A stretch of 64,000 bases of DNA from the human T2T-CHM13v2.0 reference genome, Homo sapiens. Made by a program: the position numbers and the translations under genes. How positions within the stretch are numbered: position 1 is the stretch's first letter; every line of letters begins with the position of its first letter. The notes under the pieces were generated by a model. The model searched no databases and was not told where the DNA came from. It saw nothing but the letters and a program-made list of their open reading frames with translations. Positions 50,301 to 64,000 of the stretch are shown here, in pieces. The stretch lies in assembly GCF_009914755.1 (NCBI RefSeq), contig NC_060930.1; one strand, written 5' to 3'.

Positions 50301-51699
50301 TGCCCAACAGTGAAGCCATTCCTCAACCCCCACCCCTACCTGGGATCATCCTATCCATTTTTGGTGTCTTGCTGTGAACAGTCAAGGATCATCAGATACT
50401 TGAGGAAAGCCTCCAACATGATCTCTCATGATCTCTCCAAAACAAACACAAAAGGAAACAGGAGAAAATAGAGACAATGTAGGGAGCAAAAGAAAAAAAT
50501 GCACATTTTATATGTTATATATAATGTACAACATTATATATATATGTTTTCATGTATCAGGATATTACACGCAATGTCCCTGGTTGCCTCAGAATGTTGC
50601 TTAGGTTCAGAAGGCTGAGAAGAAAAGAGGTGACGAGCACCCCCACCTTAGAAAGAGAGGTGCTAGACTATTCATAGTTGGCAACAGCATGGGCTCAGGA
50701 GCCAGAAGGCCTGGGTCCAAATTCTGACCCTGTAGTTAGCAACTCCGTGACCAGGGGCAGATTAGTTCATCTGTCCATGCGGTAAAATGAAGAAAATCAA
50801 AGCCTCTACCTCACTGGGTCATTGTGAGGATTGAAGAATAGAATAACCCATGGGGAATGTTCATAATCGTGCCTGGTGCTTAGAGCTCAGCAAACATTAG
50901 CTATTGTTACTGTTATGCCATTATTAGCCCCTCACTCATCCAGAGACACGTAAAAGGAAAAAAATTCTCTGACTGTCGTTGTTAAAATGCAGGTATGTTT
51001 CTTATCTCTCATTGGTGAGGAGAACAGAGCTTTTCCCTACACCTCAAGACAAATGAGGAGGGCTTCAGAAAAACACCCAGAGAGCTTGACCTGTGTCCCT
51101 AGAGCTGGAGGACCTCAGGGACTGGTAGCCAATATGTACCTGTGAAAACCCACAGGAAAGAAGTGGCTAGGTGGGCCTGAGGGAACAGACCCAAGAGAGT
51201 TTGGGCTGTGTTAGGAATGCCTCTGTTTCCAGGATTCAGCAGTGAAAAGATTCAGGCACGTTTTCCACGGACTTGATACGGCCCCATGGGAAAGGGAGTT
51301 GGCTTTTAGTTTTCTTGGGAAGAATCCTGTTCTACCAGCTTTCTGTCAAGAGAAGGGCCCTCTGCTAGAAAAGATCCAAACCTACCAAGATGCAGAAGCT
51401 AAGGAGACCATGTCAAGGGAGCTAAGGTTATAAGAATCCCCCCAAACTATACAGGTCTCTCATCAGAGAAAGAATCAGCATTTGGAAACTGCTAGGACTT
51501 TGATCCTCATCCTTGAACTATTGTAGAGACCAAGGACCAGGGTGGAAAGGTATCAGAGACAAAGAGGTCCTCAAGCATGGACCTTCCCCACTAAACTCCC
51601 TCCTACCCCCACCTAATAACTATGGACAACTTTCCATCCAATGGTAAACATTGGGAGAGTGGAGAACTTGGACGCCTCATTGGAGATGGATTGGGGTAT

Positions 51700-51786
51700 T
51701 GTCTTAGTCCATTTGTGCTGCTGTCACAGAATACCACAGACTGGGTAACTTATAAAGAACAGTAACTTATAAAGAACAGAAATTTC
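51700..51786 (-). mobile_element. MST-type MaLR LTR terminal fragment (remainder missing)
   Basis: tgtcttagtccatttgtgctgct...cagactgggtaacttataaagaacagaaattt, followed directly by an Alu. Confidence 0.7.
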
Positions 51787-52901
<1,115 letters not shown>

Positions 52902-54302
52902 TCATGTCAATTTTATTTCTTAAGATGTGCTGTGTGCACTGTTACTGTGTGTAGCAGGGTTGGGAAAATGCTATGGCTACATGTTACACGCAGATGCACT
53001 GACCAGCTGATGGAGGTTAGCGTCACAACTCATGGTGCTGTGTGTGATGCTCCAACTCAGGGTAGGGTCATTCTAGGAAATAAATCCCTAGGCATTTATT
53101 TCCATATTTATATTTGCACCAGAAGCTTAAAGAGGACAGTTCACCCCTGAGAGACAGCAGTGATAACCAATAAAGTGAGAGATCCCAAGAGGATGTAAAA
53201 CTCAGGATGGAGAGAGATTTTCTTTCCAGAGTTAAAGCTTGACATGTCTGAATCTCACCAAAGGAAATAGGCAAAATTATTTTCCAGTGTATGTGCTTCT
53301 AAACTTTTCTGTCACCTACCCACATGTCCCAGGAAAACCTCTGTAAATAGGATGAGTTATCAATGAACTCTATCTTGCTTGTTTATTTTTTATTTTGTGC
53401 TGCTACAGACAGACTCATAAGCAGAAAGAAAAGGTCATTCGCCTCTTAAATTTTAGTAAAGATAGCCCAAGCCATTATCCTCTGAGTTTGAGGCTGCTTT
53501 TCCTGTGAGATTGTTCATTCATTTATTTAATATGTATTTACTAATTCAGCATCTACTATAAGGGATCCTGAGGTGCTGGGAATACCACGGGGAGCAAAAC
53601 AAAACAAGAAGCCACCTTCACAGCCTGGTGGAGGAGAGAAACTTTAATCAAATACACAGAAATATATTTAAAATCTCAACTGGGATAAGTGCCATGGTGC
53701 TACAGGAGCTTATATTAGAGACAAGGGACCTCATGCAGTTGTGAGGGAGGAGGGTTTAAGAAGGCTCCCCCCGCCCCACCCCACCAAGGAACAATTGAAT
53801 TGAGACTGGAAGGATGAGGGGAGTTACTGTGGAGGGGATAGGAAAAAGTCATCTGGGAAAAGAGAACGGCCTTTTAGAAGGGCAAGGCCATCGAGAAATT
53901 AAGCTGGAGTTGCCTGAAAGATGGAAAGGATAGTGGCTGATGTATCAAGATGAGGAAGTGGCTCGACATTGGTCAGGCAGAGGTGGCGTTTCCAAGTCTG
54001 GGAGAAGGGACGAGTTCCAGGGCTGGTATGTGGATGGCGGGTGCCTGGATCTTGATGGAATATAATGCCCCAGAAGTGGCAGAACCTGTGGGTGGTGAAG
54101 GCTACATATCGGGCCTGTGGACTGTGAAAGTTTGCAATAACTGGCACTGTCTCCCTCTTCTTCCAATTGAAAGGATTAACACACAATGGTCAATATGAAA
54201 GCACAAAAGAAATGGAATACACTTTAACGAGAATTGGTATGTGTAGCAGCTTGGAACCTTGTCTTTGAAGTCAAAGCACTTAGATTTAAATCCCAGCTCT
54301 AC

Positions 54303-54909
54303 TGTTACTGGTAAATTGCGTTCTTTTCCTAGTCTGTATCAGTTGCAAAGAAAGCACACCAACTGGAAAAAACGGCAAGCGGGTTTCATTCCTGGCCAGG
54401 AATAGAGAAGGAGTAAACTTTCACTCTAAAGACCCCCTTCTTCCAGAGCTTTGGGAAGCTGGCGAATTGTAAGGCGTTAGATGTGGAGTGGGGAGGTATG
54501 CAAGCATATGCCGGGAGGAACTCTAGACGCACAGGTGCATTTCATAAACATGCCTCTTCATACAATGCACTATCAGAAAATGGCGGCGATTCTCTTCTAC
54601 GGGTCGGGAGTTGAGCATATAATGATGTATTAATGATCTAAAAGTAACAAGGGGTGGCTGGTTCTGGTTTTCTCTGGTTCCTAGTAGGCCTTATCTTTCT
54701 CTGGTACTTGGCAAAGGGCAGTGAGGATCCCGGGCCAACCGCAGTTGTTTTAAGCTGGGTTACCTATAGATAAAGAGACTAGGAAAAAAAATCAAACAAA
54801 CAAAACGGTTTAAAAAACAATGAGCATTTTCAGCTGTCTACTGTTTAAGAAAATAATGAGCTCTCAGTTTTGCCCTCTGAGCGATTTCTCCAGGACTGCC
54901 CTGGTAACA
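54303..54909 (-). mobile_element. Solo ERV LTR (family not assigned, strand tentative) inserted in a MIR about 0.9 kb upstream of the CpG island
   Basis: TGTTAC...GTAACA inverted termini, perfect CTAC TSD (54299-54302 and 54910-54913), MIR sequence resumes on both sides. Confidence 0.8.
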
Positions 54910-55779
54910 CTACTACTCAACAGTTTTGTGCTTTGCGCAGTTACTTGACCTCCCTGGGCCTCGGTTTCCCCACCCATAAAGTGGGGATAACAGTACCTAT
55001 TTCATCAGGTGGTGGGGACGATTTAAAATGGTTAATAATGTGCAGTTCTTAAAAGTGTCTGGCTCAGAATAAGCACCATACACGTTAGGGGGAAAAACAG
55101 CAGCCGGATGTGAGGCCCTCCCCAATTTCGTTACTCCATAAACCTCTGAGTTGCTGGTAACACCTGCAGGAATGAGAAGGGCCTCAATATGGGCTGAATT
55201 TCCAGCCAAACTGTGGGAAGTGGCTGAGATTTTAGGTAGGCAAAAAATGTTAATGTAACATTTTTGGCCCCCAAGTTCTCAGACCACTTACTTCCCTTTC
55301 TAGTCCACTGACATGCCCGCAAGCAATTCCATTCTGCCAAGTGGTGCTGGTGGCAAGCCGGAATCCAAGAAAAGGAAAGACTCCGATTTTAAGGGAACGG
55401 GGACATGCGGAGCCACGTGAGTCACTGGGTCCCAGAGCCACGGAAGGCTCTCAGCTCAGCAGTCAGAGTGCACTCGTCATTGCGTTCGAGGTTAGGTGGC
55501 CTAGCCTGGGAACCAACTCACCGTCATTTGAAATCGTTTTAGGGAAAATGACCCTAACATTTAAAATCCTCTCTCCTGAAGTTGTGTGGTCCAGCCGTTT
55601 GCTGAAGGAGGAAGCAAAGCCGGTAGTAACTCACTACATATTTGGGCAGTGGAATGAACCCTGGAAGCTGACAAAGTCGAAGCAAGTCACTGCGCCGCCC
55701 CCCACCCCCACCCCCACCCCAAATAAAAACAGAGAGACAATCCTTCAATTATAAAGAAGACCACGGCGCCCGGGTCTCC

Positions 55780-55863
55780 GGCAGGGGCCGCTGCAGCCGA
55801 GCAGAACGCTGAGCCGCTCCGCCCCACGGCCTCCTCTCCAGCCGGCGCGCCCGCCTCCCGCAG
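55780..55863 (+). other. SIRT5: Candidate upstream alternative SIRT5 first exon, donor CAG|GTGCGT (start approximate)
   Basis: Good 5' splice site at 55863/55864 near the 5' edge of the CpG island. Confidence 0.5.
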
Positions 55864-56016
55864 GTGCGTCTCTGCCTGCGCCGGGCCGGGGTCTCCGCGG
55901 CCTCTCCCGCTCGGGCTCCGGCTTCGAGGTCCCGACCAAGCACTGCTCTCGCGGGACTGCGCGCACCGCCCAGGGCCTGCCGCGGGCTCGCGAGCGGAGG
56001 TGGCACCGGTCCGCGG

Positions 56017-56028
56017 TGCGCATGCGCG
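56017..56028. promoter_or_regulatory. NRF1 binding motif TGCGCATGCGCG
   Basis: Matches the NRF1 consensus YGCGCATGCGCR, in the promoter of a gene for a mitochondrial enzyme. Confidence 0.7.
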
Positions 56029-56089
56029 GCCCGGCCTCTGCCCTGCGGTCCCGGGCTGGTGACTGGCTAGCGGTTGGAGGAAGGGATGT

Positions 56090-56181
56090 GGGGGATGGTG
56101 GGTGGGTACAGAGAGCTGGGAGGGAGGCACCCCGGGGGGCGGGGCGTGGGAGACTGTATTCGGGGGCGCGAGCTGCCCCAG
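56090..56181 (+). other. SIRT5: Candidate alternative SIRT5 first exon, donor CAG|GTGAGC (start approximate)
   Basis: Near-consensus 5' splice site at 56181/56182 inside the CpG island, downstream of the GC box. Confidence 0.6.
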
Positions 56182-56199
56182 GTGAGCCGTGGCTCAGGT

Positions 56200-56301
56200 C
56201 CGGAGCGCGGTCGGGACACAGCGCCTCTAGGAGAAAGCCTGGAAGGCGCTCCGGGGGTACCCAGAGCTCTTAGCGGGCCGGCAGCATGTGCGGGGCCCAA
56301 G
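56200..56301 (+). other. SIRT5: SIRT5 non-coding first exon (one variant; TSS approximate), donor AAG|GTCTTC
   Basis: The recalled SIRT5 cDNA joins ...gcggggcc(c)aag directly to taaatggaaatg... (61008). GT follows at 56302. Confidence 0.7.
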
Positions 56302-56948
56302 GTCTTCCGGGCTCTGCGTGGGGGTCGCTGCGGCTGGAGACCAGGGAGGGGGATGGAAACGGGGTTGGAAAGTAATCCCACCCGAGCAGGTGGGCATGGG
56401 AGGCCGCTGTGCTGGGGAGCCCCGCGAGGGCTCCGAACAGAGCCTCCCTTTTCAGAAAGGTCACCCTGGTCATTGCAGCTGCCAGGGTGACCGAGGAAGG
56501 TGGCCGGGGTGGAGGCAGTGGGCGTGGAGAGGGGTCGGATTCCGGACGTAGTTTGAAGGTGGAGCCGTCAGGTTCTGCTGAGCAGCTTGGCTATGGGGCG
56601 TGCGAGAAGGGAAGGCTCAGGGCCTAGTCCCTGGGCACGAGTAGTAGCCGGGAGGATGAAGTCCCAGTGCTTCGGGGGGAGGCGGCTTGAGGACGGCTCT
56701 GGAGCTCAGGCTTGCCCGCGTGGAGTGGAAGCTGCCTCTTGGACACAGGGCGGGGAGGCCGCATGCAGTCTGGCGCGCTGGGAGGATGGGAGATCCAGAG
56801 GGGCAGGGCTGGAGGGGTAGGAGGAAAACCTGAAGAGGGTGGCGCCCGGAAGCCCGGGAAAGTGATGAACTGGGTCAGAGGCCGGGTATCAACAAATAGG
56901 AGGGTGGAGACGACCTTGAGGAAAGCAGGTGATGGAACGGGAGGGAAT

Positions 56949-56966
56949 GGGGCCCCCTAGTGGAGA
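56949..56966 (-). promoter_or_regulatory. CTCF motif (minus strand TCTCCACTAGGGGGCCCC)
   Basis: Core CCACTAGGGGGC at the 3' edge of the CpG island. Confidence 0.55.
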
Positions 56967-57099
56967 CACCTGGGAGTGATGTATTGCATTTATTTAGCTC
57001 TTAGGCGTTCAAAAATTATTTATTGGGAGCCTGTACAACTTTTTGCAGTTCATTGCATTATCCTTAGCATGTATTTTGTTTTATATAAATATATATTTA

Positions 57100-60290
<3,191 letters not shown>

Positions 60291-61007
60291 TCAAATTTCT
60301 GATATAATCTTTCACTTCTATCTTTCAGAATTGGTAGGGTGCCCCCCTTTTTCACAGAGAACATACAGGCTTTTAAAAAAAATCTGTTAGGTGAGTTTCA
60401 GATTTCATTAAAAGGCATCGTTAAATGACATTACTTGGATTAATGTCAATTTATAAGAACCTGCCTAGCACCCAAAAAGCTCCCAATGACTGATCAATGA
60501 GTTTATTTCCTCCCTCAAGGCCTCTTTTCCCACCTGGAAGATAAAATCAAGGCAGGAGTCTTCACCCAGGGTAACTTTCACCCTGAGTCCTCTTTCCTCT
60601 AACTGTCACAATGGTGCCTTGTCACCCTTCTGACATTGCTTCTAAATTTGAACAGGGTTGTAACCTTGTGGAAACTAGAACCACTGCCTGCCCTGACACC
60701 CTGGAAAAGCAGATACATGTTGGCACAAAGGATGTTTTCAATAAAGACTTTGTAGTAGTATCTTAAAAGACTATTTAGTAGCAAATACTAAATTGTATTT
60801 AGACTTTTAGTCTTAAAATACTTTGTAGTCGCAAATAAAGACTAAGAAAATAGTTTTATGTTATGAACATTTACGATCTTGGGAATAATTCCAGGTGACA
60901 TTGTTCTTAATTTCTTTTAAATTCTTAATGACTTTTACAATCCTACCTTCATGCCTGATAAAAAAAAATGACAGTTTATTCAGTAGTTTTTTTGAATTCT
61001 TTTACAG

Positions 61008-61166
61008 TAAATGGAAATGTTTTCTAACATATAAAAACCTACAGAAGAAGAAAATAATTTTCTGGATCAAATTAGAAGTCTGTATTATATTGATGTCTCC
61101 AGATTCAAATATATTAGAAAGCAGCCGTGGAGACAACCATCTTCATTTTGGGAGAAATAACTAAAG
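61008..61166 (+). other. SIRT5: SIRT5 5'-UTR exon 2 (159 nt, non-coding for the main ORF)
   Basis: Acceptor tttttttgaattcttttacAG| and donor AAG|GTATGT. The exon sequence taaatggaaatg...gggagaaataactaaag matches the recalled SIRT5 5' UTR. Confidence 0.88.
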
Positions 61167-62239
61167 GTATGTATTAAGCTCAAGATGATAGCCTAAGTAA
61201 CTTCATGCAGCATATAAGAAGCTTTTAGTTACGGTTAGGCAGTATTCAGAGTTTTGATCTTCACAATTTTCATGACATGCAAGTTTAATAATTGTCATCT
61301 CTAACGATATTTTTAAAACTTCATGCCCCTAATTATTGAAGCTGGGTGATAAGAATATAAGAGTTCCCCATACTACACTGTTTATTTTTGTATATGTTTA
61401 AGTTTTTCCAGATTTTAACAAAAAACCCACAAACTATATTAACACCTCATTTGTTCCTTACTGAGTTTTCCAGGTAAATTGAAGTTTGTCAAAAGTTTAT
61501 CATGCCCATGCTAGTTGAAGATCATGGCAATCCATTTTCCTCAAGCTTTCTTTAAATCAAGCACTGGAGTGATATTCATGTTGGTTGGATGTCACCATTG
61601 TCACTGAGTCTGGGAGCTGCTCACCAGAGTGGCTGCTGGGGCCCATGAGTCTGTTCACTTCCCTCTAGCAGCCAGTCTGCCTGCCTTCCCTGCAGAAGTA
61701 ACTTTAGGCAGCCAGACAGCCTTGTCCCCTGAGGTTGTTCTGGAGACACTACACCATGTTTCTCTAACCTCTTCTCTTTTTGAGTGTCAATCTTCTTCTA
61801 CAGTCTTTTTGATTGCAGAAGAGACAGGATACATTGAAAACGTGTTGACTTGCTTGCTTATTTGTAGGTGAGGTTTATCATATTACTCCTTACGCACTGT
61901 AAAATTCACCCTTTTTATTATACAGTTCTATGAGTGTTGAAAAAAATCACAAAAATAAAGATAATGTAATTTTACGTTGCTCTAAAAATTTCTCTGCTCC
62001 CCCTTACTCCCCCGACCCCTGTCCCTGGAAACCACTGGTGTGATTTCTGTACCAACAGTTTTGCCTTTTTAAAATGTCTTATAAATGGTCTCAAAAACTA
62101 TGTAGCCTTTTGTATCTGGCTTCTTTCACTTAGCATAATGCTTCTCTGTCTCTCTTTCCCTCTCCCTCCCTCTGTTTCTTCCTCTCTTTTTCTCTTTCTC
62201 TCTTTCTCCCTCACTCTCGCTCCTGCTCTGGCCTTCTCT

Positions 62240-62533
<294 letters not shown>

Positions 62534-63282
62534 TGAAGCAATTTTATTTTGAAATAATTTTAGGCTTACAGAAATGTTGCAAAAATAGTACACAGAGTTC
62601 TCATTATACCATTTACCCAATTTCCTCTAATGTTCACATCTTACCTAACTAGAGTGCAATGATCTAAACCAGGACAAGTACTACACCTAGACATTTACAT
62701 ATACAGTACTAGTAACTAATTTACAGGCTTCATTCAAATTTTGCCATTTGTCCTACTAATGTCCCTTTTCAGGTCTTGAATCCAGCCCAGGATCCCACGT
62801 AGCATTTACTTGTCATGTCTCATTAGGACCTGGGACAGTTTCTCCAGTTCTTATCTTTCAAAACTTTGATACTTTTCTGAAGAGTATTGGCCAGTTTTGC
62901 TGTAGAGTGTGTAGAACGCCCCTCAGCTTGAGTTTGGCATTTTCTCATAACTAAATTGCAGTCATGAATGCCACACAAGTGATGCTTTGCCCTTCTCATT
63001 GCATCATATGAGGAGGTAGGTGGAGTCGCCATGTCTTATTACTGGTGATGTTAACTTTGATCACTTGGTTAAGGTGGTAGCTGCCAGCTTTTCTACTATA
63101 GAGTTATTATTGGATAACACTTTTAAAGATTCATTCATGCTGTTGAAGGTATTAGTAGTTTGTTCTTATTGCTGAAGAGTCTTCATGGTATGGATAAACC
63201 ACAATTTGTTTACCCATTTATAAATTGATGGACATTTGGTTTGCTTCTAGTCTTGAGCCTGGCACTATCTGATAGGCCTTGG

Positions 63283-63718
63283 TGTTCTATTGAACATAAA
63301 CCACGTCACAGAGCACCGATATCAGACAGGGCCACTCTGTGACCACAATGGGTCAGGACAAGAACAAGGCCACTCAGTAATCACGTCTGAACTGGGACCG
63401 AAACAGGAACATTGTTGAAGCCACAAAGATGACCAAACATCCTCCCATGCCGCTAACATGAGGGACTCCTGCTTGGCCACTCACAGCTCTAGCCTCTCTT
63501 CATTCCTTCCACCTTTTAGATAAGATCCATTAACAGCATCAAATCCAGAACAAAGCCCCACTTCCATGAACCTCTCCCCAACATGATCTAACACAAGCAC
63601 AAATCCTCTAATCAGTCCATTCCAGGTTCCTAACAGATGCTGCAGTTCTTCATGGCGTGTTCTATCTCTCGCAACTTGCTCGAGTACAAGTGTGTTCCTT
63701 GGACTGGAAGGCATTGAT
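63283..63718 (+). mobile_element. Old ERV solo LTR, family not assigned
   Basis: gccacaaagatgaccaaacatc...cagcatcaaatccagaacaaagccccacttcc...gtgtgttcc resembles LTR sequence I recall. Confidence 0.45.
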
Positions 63719-64000
63719 AATCCAAACAATATATAAACACATATGGAAAATCCTTGCTCAGCTCTAATCTCCTTACATAGCGTTTCCCACCCTATACTCA
63801 ATTCTTTTTACTAATTTCTTGTGAATTCTTTTTTTGTTTTTATAGCAAATGCAAGAAAGTTAAGGTATATTCTTTTATCCCCTTGCCTTTCTCTTACAAA
63901 ATACAATTGTGGTAAAACACATGTAACAAAATTTAGCATTCTAACCATTATTAAGGGTACAGTTCAGTCTATTCGCATTGTTGTGTAGCTAATCCCCTGA

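Larger units (their letters stand above)
55740..56960 (+). promoter_or_regulatory. SIRT5: CpG-island promoter of SIRT5
   Basis: Very GC- and CpG-dense non-repeat block. Has a GC box (GGGGCGGGG, 56136-56144), an NRF1 palindrome and several + strand splice donors. 56220-56301 (cgcctctaggagaaagcctggaa...gcatgtgcggggcccaag) matches my recollection of the SIRT5 mRNA 5' end. Confidence 0.88.

Noticed and set aside
55687-56960. Many ORFs on both strands in the CpG island
   Set aside because: GC-content artefacts; the SIRT5 start codon lies beyond the window.

Overview
Primate, almost certainly human, genomic DNA rich in Alu, L1 and LTR elements, with no intact protein-coding exon. The right end holds a CpG-island promoter (~55.7-56.95 kb) with several candidate first-exon splice donors and a 159-nt non-coding exon (61008-61166). 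I recognise these from memory as the 5' UTR of SIRT5 (+ strand, 6p23); the coding exons lie beyond the window. The ~55 kb upstream is intergenic. It holds a disabled RPS4X processed pseudogene, a 3'-truncated tailless 7SK retrocopy, a solo LTR12C (ERV9) pointing toward SIRT5, other solo LTRs (MER57, MER50, MER4, LTR45-like, MST/MLT1), hAT MITEs, old L1M fragments and about 30 Alus. Nearly all ORFs in the track are repeat-derived artefacts. I found no new biological system. The best leads are: a young-looking LTR12C U3 flanked by unusually diverged sequence; a uORF-bearing SIRT5 UTR exon bracketed by inverted Alus; a chimeric Alu marking a probable deletion; a 5'-inverted Alu; and a tandemly duplicated Alu. 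Repeat family names and consensus comparisons come from memory, not a database search, and repeat boundaries are approximate unless a target-site duplication (TSD) is quoted.
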